From positions 1 through 25,164 of the forward strand of contig JBCNVN010000022.1 in the NCBI GenBank assembly GCA_039630055.1: a stretch of DNA of 25,164 nt, given 5' to 3'. Source of the DNA: Candidatus Caldarchaeales archaeon (GTDB lineage: Archaea > Thermoproteota > Nitrososphaeria_A > Caldarchaeales > Wolframiiraptoraceae). Position 1 is the stretch's first letter. Every line of letters begins with the position of its first letter. A program made the translations under genes and the position numbers. The notes beneath the pieces are model-generated. The model had not been told where the DNA came from. It saw only the letters and a program-made list of their open reading frames with translations, and did not search any database. Of this stretch, positions 9,534 through 17,660 are shown in pieces.

Positions 9534-9794
9534 CTAGAGATAGCCTAATGCTTTAAGCTTCTCTTTTATACGTTCAATATCCTCTTTTGTAAATGGTTGG
9601 GATAGCTTCTCTTTCTCTTGCATAGAGATGATCTCTCTTAAGACGAAGGTGACGTAGTCGCTAACACTCTTAAAACCTGTTCCTTCTATAATATTTCTAA
9701 TCCTCTCATATAGGGTTATTGGGATAGATACTGTAGTGTACTTCTTCTGGGCTGCCGAATCTTTAAACTTCTCCCGATAATCTTCTACACTCAT
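9534..9794 (-). CDS. Ribbon-helix-helix (CopG-like) DNA-binding protein with a C-terminal KLKALGYL tail
   Basis: YTTVSIP beta strand, helix, then GFKSVSDYVTFVLRE helix; first gene of the operon, ending 8 bp upstream of sat. Confidence 0.88.
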   Translation of the reverse strand: MSVEDYREKFKDSAAQKKYTTVSIPITLYERIRNIIEGTGFKSVSDYVTFVLREIISMQEKEKLSQPFTKEDIERIKEKLKALGYL

Positions 9795-9810
9795 AATAGC
9801 TTTACCTTGA

Positions 9811-9830
9811 TTTAATTACATATAATTAAA
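9811..9830. promoter_or_regulatory. Perfect inverted repeat TTTAATTA-cata-TAATTAAA, candidate operator
   Basis: 8-bp arms with a 4-bp spacer, between the TATA-like TTTAAATA (9839-9846, minus strand) and the RHH start codon at 9794. Confidence 0.45.
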
Positions 9831-9838
9831 GATGGTGG

Positions 9839-9846
9839 TATTTAAA
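9839..9846 (-). promoter_or_regulatory. Putative TATA box of the RHH-sat operon
   Basis: TTTAAATA on the minus strand, preceded by purine-rich GAGAAGA, about 45 bp upstream of the start codon. Confidence 0.5.
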
Positions 9847-10191
9847 TCTTCTCAGCAGTTCCAATCAAGAGTAATAATGAATCTACTGTATGGTCTTAGG
9901 TTAAGCTTATAAATGAGACGCGTCAAAGGCCTCCTCTACACCACTTACTGAGATAGGGTAGATAGAATCCTGTCTGATACCTTCTAGATAATCAAATAGT
10001 TATTGGCTATCGTGGGGTTATATGCAAACCTATGTTTTGGGCTTAACTTTTCTCTCTCTTTCATCTAAGGCTCTCTTGAGGTGACCTCCATCCCGGACCC
10101 CGACATCTTTTCCACCTAGCATTCTTCTAATGATACGAGAGCCTCTGCTTCTTCTTTACTAATCTAGAGTTATATGAGAGGAACCTATCGG

Positions 10192-10306
10192 GACTATTCC
10201 AGCCTCTTCTAGAGCTGGCTTATAGACTCAGACCTGAAAACTCCTACATCCTCATCATACCCATGTCTAAACTCGATGTGGCCCATCCTACTACTACAAC
10301 CCTCTC
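10192..10306 (-). pseudogene. Frameshifted N-terminal remnant of a thiolase (acetyl-CoA acetyltransferase family)
   Basis: Restoring two single-base deletions gives ERVVVVG(M)GHIEFRHGYDEDVGVFRSESI(K)PALEEAGIV. This is in register with the archaeal thiolase N-terminal pattern V.IVGVGH.KF.....D...ELAFE.IK.ALEDAGI. It lies directly downstream of enoyl-CoA hydratase. Confidence 0.65.
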
Positions 10307-10350
10307 CTCTCTCTGATAGCTTCCTTCCTCCACCGAGACATTTTCTCCAA

Positions 10351-11139
10351 TTATTCACCTTTAAACTTGGGCTTGGATCTGGTCATGAAGGCTTCTATAC
10401 CCCTCTTGGCATCGTTGGTGGAGAATAGTAGGGCCATAAGAGCTGACTCTAGCCTTAACCCTACTTCAAGCGGTACCTGGCTGCCAAAGTTCAAGGCATA
10501 TTTTACGTATTTTAAAGCTATTGGAGGACCTTCTGAAAGCTTCTGGGCTAGAGCTCTCGCTTCATCTCTAAGCTTCTCATATGGTACGACTTTGTCCACG
10601 AGACCGAGCCGGTATGCTTCATCCGCCTTTAATCTTTCACCAAGCATTATAAGCCTCTTAGCATTCCTTAAGCCGATTATTCTTACAAGCTTCTGGGTTC
10701 CACCCCATCCGGGAATTATTCCAAGGTTTATCTCAGGGTTTCCAAGCTCAGCATGTTCTGAGGCTATTCTGAAATCACATGCTAAGGCCAGCTCCAATCC
10801 TCCACCTAGAGCATAACCATTCAGAGCCGCTATAACAGGTTTAGATAATTCTTCTATCATTGAGAAGACCCTCTGACCTTTCCTCGAGAATTCTTCAGCC
10901 ATAGTAGGTGTAAGATTTGAGAAAGTGGCTATATCTGCACCTGTACTAAATGCTCGGTCTCCTTCACCTATGATAACTATACATCTTACGTTCGGGTCTT
11001 CTTCAACCATTGTCAAGGCATCGGAAAGCTCCTCTATCATCAGATCATTTAGAGCATTTAGTCTCTGAGGCCTGTTCAAAATTATCCAAGCTATATTTTC
11101 TTCTCTCTCAACTTTTATCGTCTCATATGTTTTAGACAT
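10351..11139 (-). CDS. Enoyl-CoA hydratase/isomerase (crotonase)
   Basis: LNRP..LNAL, AFSTGADI, KPVIAALNGYALGGGLELALACDFR and PEINLGIIPGWGGTQ; both catalytic Glu residues are present. Confidence 0.95.
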   Translation of the reverse strand: MSKTYETIKVEREENIAWIILNRPQRLNALNDLMIEELSDALTMVEEDPNVRCIVIIGEGDRAFSTGADIATFSNLTPTMAEEFSRKGQRVFSMIEELSKPVIAALNGYALGGGLELALACDFRIASEHAELGNPEINLGIIPGWGGTQKLVRIIGLRNAKRLIMLGERLKADEAYRLGLVDKVVPYEKLRDEARALAQKLSEGPPIALKYVKYALNFGSQVPLEVGLRLESALMALLFSTNDAKRGIEAFMTRSKPKFKGE

Positions 11140-11169
11140 AAGAGAACATCATCATCAAAGGTTTTAAAC

Positions 11170-11483
11170 TTATCTTAGTAAGTATTTTAGAGTAGTAAGC
11201 CTCCAGATCCCTTATGCTCCTTTCATAAACCTCTATCATATCTCAGCATATCTGAGATATCTTTCAACTCTATGGTCTCCCATATATCCATCCTCTCAGA
11301 GCTTGTGGGGCCACGTCTACAGCTTCTACGACGACCCTACCAGTATAAAGCTCAGCCATCAAAGTTATCATCTAGACCTATATCTCCACTGTTTATAAGC
11401 TGTGTATAGTTGGAGATTCTAGATATCCATAATCATCTATCATGGAGTAAAGAAGGTCTCTACATGGCTTGTGATTCTCCGAT
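11170..11483 (-). pseudogene. Degraded C-terminal remnant of an acyl-CoA dehydrogenase
   Basis: Collinear fragments in shifting frames: IGESQAM*, SR...LINSGDI, MITLMAELYTGRVVVEAVDVAPQAL, GYMGDHRVERYLRYAEI*, EVYE, IWRLTTLKYLLR*. They match the ACAD C-terminal consensus FQAI...SMAKLYA......A.Q..GGYGY....VER..RDAKI.EIYEGT.EIQR..IA..L. Confidence 0.8.
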
Positions 11484-11662
11484 GAAAAATCTAGGATCTA
11501 CAGTTATATGCTCATCGAGGATTATCTATAGATTTTCTCTATGGAACGATTATGATATACATCTCTTTTAATGGGAGATGGTATCTGGCTATGCTTCTCT
11601 AGAAGGCCACGTAATTTGTAAAACTCTAAATAAAGATGTTTATAGATTTTATGAGGTTAAGA

Positions 11663-13117
11663 TTGGCTGGAAGAACCGTGTTTGATAAGATCTGGGAGTC
11701 TCATGTTATCTATGAGAGAGAAGATGGTGAATCATTGATCTATATAGATAGACATCTAACCCATGAAGTAACATCACCTATGGCTTTCGAGGGGCTTAGA
11801 GAGAAGAATAGGAAGATTAGAAGACCAGACCTAACCTTTGCAGTAATGGATCATAATGTCCCAACAGGTGATAGGCTTAAACCGATCTCGGATGAGACCT
11901 CTGCTAGACAGATAGCCTTGCTAGAGAAGAATGCAAGAGAATTCAATATTCCTCTATTCGATCTTTATAGTCCCTATCAGGGGATAGTACATGTAATAGG
12001 TCCCGAGCTTGGATTAACTATTCCGGGAATAACCCTGGTATGTGGAGATAGCCATACCTCTACTCATGGAGCATTGGGGGCTCTAGCCTTCGGAATAGGC
12101 ACAAGTGAGGTAGAACATGTTCTAGCAACCCAGACATTATGGATAAGGAAGCCTAAGAAGATGTTGATAAAACTTGAAGGTAAACTGCATGAAGGTGTAA
12201 CAGCTAAAGATGTAATCTTATGGATTATTAGAAATATCGGGGTAGGTGGTGGGATAGGATATATCATAGAGTATGATGGGAGGGTTGTTAGAGAGATGGA
12301 TGTAGAATCGCGGATGACTCTATGTAATATGGCCATAGAGGCTGGTGCGAGAACCGCTATAATCTCTCCAGATGAAAAAGTGTTCAACTATGTTAGAGGT
12401 AGACCTTATGCTCCAGCTGGAGAAGAATGGGATGAGGCTTTAAGATACTGGAAGAGTCTCGAAACCGATCCAGATGCCCAGTATCATAAGACCGTCACTT
12501 TTAGTTTAGATAGACTTGAACCTCAAGTATCATGGGGTACAAATCCAGCTATGACCGTTGGAATAACTGAAGAAGTTCCAGATCCGAGAGACTATGAAGA
12601 TCCTAAAGAGAGAGAAGTTGTTGAGAGAGCTTTAAACTATATGGGGCTTGAGCCGGGGATGAAGATAACGGATATAAAGATTGATGTAGTTTTTATAGGT
12701 TCATGTACCAATGGAAGATTGTCAGACTTAATAGATGCTGCAAGAGTTCTAAAGGGTAGAAAGATCTCGAATAATGTAAGAGCGTTGGTGGTTCCAGGAT
12801 CTCAGCTGGTTAAGAGGATGGCTGAGAGGATGGGTCTCCATAAGATATTCATCGATGCAGGGTTTGAGTGGAGAAATTCTGGATGCAGTATGTGTATAGC
12901 TATGAATGAAGATAGGCTTAGACCTGGAGAGAGATGTGCAAGTACATCTAATAGAAATTTTGAGAATAGGCAGGGTCCTAGAGGTAGAACACACTTGGTC
13001 AGCCCATTGACAGCTGCTGCAGCGGCAGTCTACGGTAGATTCGTGGATGTTAGAGAGCTTAACCTCCCCGATAGAGAAGAGGTGGTGGAATATGCCAGAA
13101 CCTGTAAAGGTTATTGA
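11663..13117 (+). CDS. leuC: 3-isopropylmalate dehydratase large subunit
   Basis: DRHLTHEVTSP, DHNVPT, CGDSHTSTHGA, and the Fe-S ligands GSCTNGR and GCSMC, plus STSNRNFENRQG. Likely TTG start at 11663 after GAGG (the ORF track starts at 11636). Confidence 0.93.
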   Translation: MAGRTVFDKIWESHVIYEREDGESLIYIDRHLTHEVTSPMAFEGLREKNRKIRRPDLTFAVMDHNVPTGDRLKPISDETSARQIALLEKNAREFNIPLFDLYSPYQGIVHVIGPELGLTIPGITLVCGDSHTSTHGALGALAFGIGTSEVEHVLATQTLWIRKPKKMLIKLEGKLHEGVTAKDVILWIIRNIGVGGGIGYIIEYDGRVVREMDVESRMTLCNMAIEAGARTAIISPDEKVFNYVRGRPYAPAGEEWDEALRYWKSLETDPDAQYHKTVTFSLDRLEPQVSWGTNPAMTVGITEEVPDPRDYEDPKEREVVERALNYMGLEPGMKITDIKIDVVFIGSCTNGRLSDLIDAARVLKGRKISNNVRALVVPGSQLVKRMAERMGLHKIFIDAGFEWRNSGCSMCIAMNEDRLRPGERCASTSNRNFENRQGPRGRTHLVSPLTAAAAAVYGRFVDVRELNLPDREEVVEYARTCKGY

Positions 13118-13715
13118 GGGTAAAGCTATACCTCTCAGAATGGAGAATGTCGATACCGATCAGATAATCCCTGCAGAGTTCTTGAAGATAATCACTAAGA
13201 AGGGTTTGGGAAGATACTGCTTCTATCGGTGGAGATATAATGATGATGGTAGCCTCAGAGAAGATTTTATCTTAAATGATCCAAGATATAGGGATGGTTC
13301 CATACTAATTACGGGGAGAAATTTCGGTATAGGTTCATCGAGAGAGAATGCTGTCTGGGCTCTACAAGACTTTGGAATAAAATGTATCGTGGCCCCATCT
13401 TTTGGAGACATATTCTATGCAAACTCTGCAAAGAACATGCTATTATGTATAAAGCTATCTGAGGAACAGGTTGAGAAGATTCTGGAAGAAGCTGAGAGAG
13501 AGATTTTAACGATGAGAGTAGATCTAGAGGAGAAGTCTATAAAATTTAGAGATAAAGTGATATACTTTGAGATAGATGAAGTTATCAGGGAAAAGTTTCT
13601 TAGAGGATTGGACGAGATAGAGAAAACTTTGATTCATGAGGAAAAAATAAAGAAGTATGAAGAAGCTATGAAGAGCTTCTCTATACCTAGGCCTAGAAGG
13701 TTTATACATGATTAG
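13092..13715 (+). CDS. leuD: 3-isopropylmalate dehydratase small subunit
   Basis: NVDTDQIIPAEFLK, NFGIGSSRENA, SFGDIFY.N, GLDEI. ATG at 13092 is preceded by GGTGGTGG and overlaps the end of leuC. Confidence 0.93.
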   Translation: MPEPVKVIEGKAIPLRMENVDTDQIIPAEFLKIITKKGLGRYCFYRWRYNDDGSLREDFILNDPRYRDGSILITGRNFGIGSSRENAVWALQDFGIKCIVAPSFGDIFYANSAKNMLLCIKLSEEQVEKILEEAEREILTMRVDLEEKSIKFRDKVIYFEIDEVIREKFLRGLDEIEKTLIHEEKIKKYEEAMKSFSIPRPRRFIHD

Positions 13716-14626
13716 AACTTTAACTGGGCTATAGCATTCTTTACCGTTTCATAACTCTTCAAAAGCGCGCTTCTCTCTTCATCATTTAGAGGTAGCTCTA
13801 TTATCTTCTCTACTCCATTCTCTCCGATTACAGCTGGTGTGACTAGGCAGACATCTGAGAGCCCATACTCACCTTGGAGATAGATAGAGGTAGGTATAAC
13901 CCTCTTCTTATCTTTCACCATGGACTCGACCATGATAGCGATCCCTGCACCGGTTGAGTGGGATGCAGACCACCCCTTCAACTTGATTATCTGAGCACCC
14001 ATCTTTCTAGTCTCTTCATTCAACTGGTTTATCTTCTCTCTTGGCAACAGCTCTATCAACGGCTTTCCACAGACATATGTAAGCCTGGGTAGAAGAACCA
14101 TGGTCTCTCCATGCTCTCCAGTTATCGGAGCATCTATAGATTTATAGGATACTCCGAGCTCTCTCCTAATCAAGGTCTTATATCTACCAGTATCCAATGG
14201 CCCGCTGAATCCCATTACTCTATTCCTCTCGAAGCCTGTTACCTTGTACGCTGTGTAGGTCATGGGGTCTAGAGGATTTGTTACGACCACTACCTTTGAT
14301 CTAGGCGCATACTCTCTAATCTTCTCCGAGACCTGTCTTACCACATCAAAATTCTTAAACAGTAGATCCATTCTAGTCATATCTGCTTTTCTAATGAATC
14401 CCGCTGGGACGACAACTATGTCTGAGCCCTCCATATCTCTGTAATCGTTTGAGCCACGTATATCTATATCGATATCAAGTATCCCACACATATGCTGTAG
14501 ATCAAGGGCCTCACCTTGAGGTAGGCCTTCAACGATGTCTATCAAGGTTAGATCATCCAGTTCTTTTAGAGCTATATGAATAGCGGCCGCAATACCTACA
14601 CGACCAGCCCCCACGATAGTTATCAT
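13712..14626 (-). CDS. mdh: Malate dehydrogenase (LDH-like MDH family)
   Basis: GAGRVG, DIVEG..QGEALDL, substrate loop AG..RK..MTR (Arg at the MDH-specificity position), VTNPLD, LD..R, GEHG. Confidence 0.85.
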   Translation of the reverse strand: MITIVGAGRVGIAAAIHIALKELDDLTLIDIVEGLPQGEALDLQHMCGILDIDIDIRGSNDYRDMEGSDIVVVPAGFIRKADMTRMDLLFKNFDVVRQVSEKIREYAPRSKVVVVTNPLDPMTYTAYKVTGFERNRVMGFSGPLDTGRYKTLIRRELGVSYKSIDAPITGEHGETMVLLPRLTYVCGKPLIELLPREKINQLNEETRKMGAQIIKLKGWSASHSTGAGIAIMVESMVKDKKRVIPTSIYLQGEYGLSDVCLVTPAVIGENGVEKIIELPLNDEERSALLKSYETVKNAIAQLKF

Positions 14627-14657
14627 GTAATATATATCATACTACTATATGAAAAAT

Positions 14658-15557
14658 CTATCGTTCTCCTTTTAGATACTTCACCATCCCTAAGACCGAT
14701 AACCTTAAAGATGTATATAGTGGGTGGATAGTTTTAAACAATCTTTTAGACCTCTCATCATACTCCTCCAGTATATTGTTGATTATCTCATCTTGACCTA
14801 GACCTTTCCCGATATATGCTTCAATCTTATCCTTCCATTCATTTAAGATCCTAACCTCTTCCTCAAAGTATTTTGGAGCCCATGCATCCTCTCCAAAATG
14901 CGGTCTGAGAATGATCTTTAAAGTAATCTTGGATAGCTTCTCCAATGTCTCCAAGGCATCAGAATGATTATAGCTTGGAGGAGGTGTGGTAGGAATCTTT
15001 ACTGGAGAAGATGGATAATTTATAGATACAGAGTCTCCAGTAACGAGGGCTTGGTCTTCTTCTATGTAGACTGCTATCTGATGAGGGGCATGACCAGGGG
15101 CATATATAAATCTCAAGGTAACTCCTCCCAACTCAAGCCTCTCATATTCTTGAACACTTCTAATATTCTCTACCGGTACAGGTAGCACTTCTCCAAAAGA
15201 TACAGTAGACTCATTATATATCTCTCTTACACTTGCTATAAGCCTACTTGGATCTATGAAGTGTTTAACCGCTCTTGGATGGCAGAGTATTATGCTCTTT
15301 CTCGAGTTTCTGATAAAGGTGAAGGCTCCTCCAGAATGGTCTAAGTGTAGATGTGTAGGGATCACGTACTTAACTTCATGAAGCCTAAGCCCGATCTGCT
15401 CTAATCCTTCTACTATCTTTGAGAATGATGAAGCATATCCAGTATCTATCAATGCATTCTCACTATCTCCAGTAACCAGGTAGGCGGCTACGAGGTTCTC
15501 GAACCCTAGAGCAAGAGTATCTATCAGATAGATATGTTCCGAGATCTTCTTAATCAT
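14658..15557 (-). CDS. MBL-fold metallo-hydrolase
   Basis: LIDTG, THLHLDHSGG, PGHAPH, TGD and PHFG motifs. Likely start is MIKKISEH at 15557. Confidence 0.92.
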   Translation of the reverse strand: MIKKISEHIYLIDTLALGFENLVAAYLVTGDSENALIDTGYASSFSKIVEGLEQIGLRLHEVKYVIPTHLHLDHSGGAFTFIRNSRKSIILCHPRAVKHFIDPSRLIASVREIYNESTVSFGEVLPVPVENIRSVQEYERLELGGVTLRFIYAPGHAPHQIAVYIEEDQALVTGDSVSINYPSSPVKIPTTPPPSYNHSDALETLEKLSKITLKIILRPHFGEDAWAPKYFEEEVRILNEWKDKIEAYIGKGLGQDEIINNILEEYDERSKRLFKTIHPLYTSLRLSVLGMVKYLKGER

Positions 15558-15604
15558 CAAATCTTCACATAGATTGATTATAGATTTCCATAAGATTAAC
15601 TTGA

Positions 15605-15630
15605 TTCTATATAACATTTCTATATAACAT
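15605..15630. repeat. Perfect 13-bp tandem duplication (TTCTATATAACAT x2)
   Basis: Read directly at 15605-15617 and 15618-15630, in the divergent MBL/GNAT intergenic region. Confidence 0.85.
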
Positions 15631-15695
15631 TTTTATCCATGGATCTCCACAGACGATTTATTAAGAAGAATAACAATAAATAAAGGTGTTTAGAT

Positions 15696-16178
15696 ATGGC
15701 AGAAGTAATATTTAGGGAGGCTACAGAGAAAGATATAGACCAAGTAGCTTTATTGGTTGCTAGGCTTAAGAGATTGAATGAAGAGTTCGATCCTCTTCTA
15801 AAGGTTTCTGAAAAGCTTGAAGAATCTTGTAAAGAGTATGTAAAGAAGTCTATAGGTTCCAGAGATTATCTCGTCATAGTCGCTGAACATGAGGGTAGAA
15901 TAGTAGGCGTCTTGAAGGCAGGGTTTATAGATAGAGTCTTCTACGATCCACCCCTCGAAGGTCAGATACAAGAATTCTATATTCTTCCAAAGTATAGAAG
16001 GATGGGTCTAGGTAAGAAGATGCTTGAATATGCTATAGATAAGCTTAGAGGGAGGGTAAGCTTTATAACGGCAAGCTTTCCATCCCTCAACACTATAGCT
16101 ATCTCATTCTATGAGAGATTTGGATTCAGACCTATCTTCAACGTCTATGCTAGAGAGACTTCTGAAAGATCTTCTTAG
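15696..16178 (+). CDS. GNAT family N-acetyltransferase
   Basis: FREAT..D start, motif A YILPKYRRMGLG, motif B N..AISFYERFGF. Confidence 0.93.
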   Translation: MAEVIFREATEKDIDQVALLVARLKRLNEEFDPLLKVSEKLEESCKEYVKKSIGSRDYLVIVAEHEGRIVGVLKAGFIDRVFYDPPLEGQIQEFYILPKYRRMGLGKKMLEYAIDKLRGRVSFITASFPSLNTIAISFYERFGFRPIFNVYARETSERSS

Positions 16179-17431
16179 GATCCTTTAAGTAGGCCGACCA
16201 CCCCGCCGAAAGCTCTCTTCAACATCTCTCCCTCCTCATGGCTAGAGGATATAAGCTCTATCCTTGCTTGTGCTTTTTCTCCTTCTTCAATCCAGAAATC
16301 CACCATAGATTTTTGTTCTAGCAATTGTAGAGATTGAGAGCCACATCTCTGGCATGGGCTTGAAATTATCTGGGGAACCCTCGAGGTCAGCTCATATCCA
16401 TCAATTATGTAAAAGTATTCTTCGCCACAGTTTCCACACTTTATCGAGACTCTAACCCTTTCAAGATCTTCAGAGATTAAGAGGATCTCAACAATTTTAG
16501 ACTCTAATGCTTTCATTACCTCGCTCTCTCCATAAACTACTGAGGGGTTCTCTGAGGATAAACCGCTCATAAATCTCCTTACAAGCTCTTGTTCTTCAAC
16601 CATCCTCAACTCTTTCAGATAGTCTCTAGCCTTCTGTAATGCTTCCCTTACACCCTCCTCTCCAGAGTAAGAAGTATCTACTACATGGATCTTATCTCTC
16701 AAAGTATAGTGGAGATATTCTCCTTGTTGGAATAGTTCTTTCGTCGGCCCTGGGCCTGCAAGGATTACTCCTCTGATCTCAGGATACTGTAAGAAGATAC
16801 TGTTAGCATGTTCTCCCACCCTCTTATAGTACTCGTTTAGACTCATCTCTCTCAGCCTCTCGAATCTCCGAGCTGACTGGCCTCCAGCTCTATGCTTTCC
16901 AGGAACCCCCGAGGTAAACTTCTTCTGCTCTATTATCCTCCTACCTTTCACGACGGCCACAGCCGCCTCCTCATTATCTATAACCAGTATACCATAGACG
17001 TCTTTCTCTTTTAAGAGGTCTTTGAGAGGTTCAAGATAGAATCTACTATCACATCTGTATAGGAAGATATCTATAGGTTCAGGTGGGATTACATGGTATA
17101 CTTCTATCTTCTCTTTTCCCGGCCCGTTCTGAGGGATTGCGCCACTGAATATTATCAATCCTGTAGGTCCAGCCTTGTTAAATAGCTTCAATCTCTGTAT
17201 AGCGCTCTCGATAGCATCTTGAACATTCTTTCTAGTAGTTTTAGATTTTATGTTTGATGCTGTAGAGTATTCTTGTCTAAGATATCCTATGACGTCTGAG
17301 ATGGGTCTTCCAGGTGGGATATATAGTGAGATAAGCTCCGTTCCTCTACCTTCTCTAGATTCTAGTTCTCTAATCAGCTTCTTGAACCTGTACAGGGTTA
17401 CAGAATCCTTCCTATCCAGCTTGATCTCCAT
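16175..17431 (-). CDS. prf1: Archaeal peptide chain release factor aRF1
   Basis: GRGTELISLYIPP, NIKS, YRCD and GGQSARRF motifs; CxxC...CxxC insertion in domain 3. Start is ATG 17431 or GTG 17434 after GAGGTG. Confidence 0.97.
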   Translation of the reverse strand: MEIKLDRKDSVTLYRFKKLIRELESREGRGTELISLYIPPGRPISDVIGYLRQEYSTASNIKSKTTRKNVQDAIESAIQRLKLFNKAGPTGLIIFSGAIPQNGPGKEKIEVYHVIPPEPIDIFLYRCDSRFYLEPLKDLLKEKDVYGILVIDNEEAAVAVVKGRRIIEQKKFTSGVPGKHRAGGQSARRFERLREMSLNEYYKRVGEHANSIFLQYPEIRGVILAGPGPTKELFQQGEYLHYTLRDKIHVVDTSYSGEEGVREALQKARDYLKELRMVEEQELVRRFMSGLSSENPSVVYGESEVMKALESKIVEILLISEDLERVRVSIKCGNCGEEYFYIIDGYELTSRVPQIISSPCQRCGSQSLQLLEQKSMVDFWIEEGEKAQARIELISSSHEEGEMLKRAFGGVVGLLKGS

Positions 17432-17626
17432 CACCAGATACACCTCTAAATAAGCCTAATAGTCAAAACCTTCTAGTAGTAAGAAGAAGTGTACACATCT
17501 TCTGTAGGATAGAGATGGATGACTAGTTAAAATGTTTTTCCAATGGAGAGATATAATTCAGAAGCATAGGAGAGAATGGGGAGAGATATCGTGGATTCAT
17601 CAAGTTCAGGGTTTGAGGTATAGAGG

Positions 17627-17634
17627 TTTATTAA
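17627..17634 (+). promoter_or_regulatory. Putative TATA box of the uS10 gene
   Basis: TTTATTAA lies 27-34 bp upstream of the ATG at 17661. The same octamer occurs upstream of the GNAT gene (15657-15664). Confidence 0.45.
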
Positions 17635-17660
17635 TAAGCTGTACAGCATCTTTCCCGGAG

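Noticed and set aside
10040-10135. Minus-strand peptide IIRRMLGGKDVGVRDGGHLKRAL, vaguely like the Doc/Fic N-terminus
   Set aside because: Too short, with no HPFxxGNxR motif, so it cannot be supported.
10367-10816. 149-aa antisense ORF inside the hydratase
   Set aside because: Shadow of a conserved gene.
16340-16440. CxxC...CxxC zinc-ribbon insertion in aRF1
   Set aside because: A known feature of many archaeal aRF1 proteins, not novel.
17532-17660. Apparent 43-aa N-terminal extension of uS10
   Set aside because: The normal-length protein starts at ATG 17661, and a TATA-like box lies inside the supposed extension.
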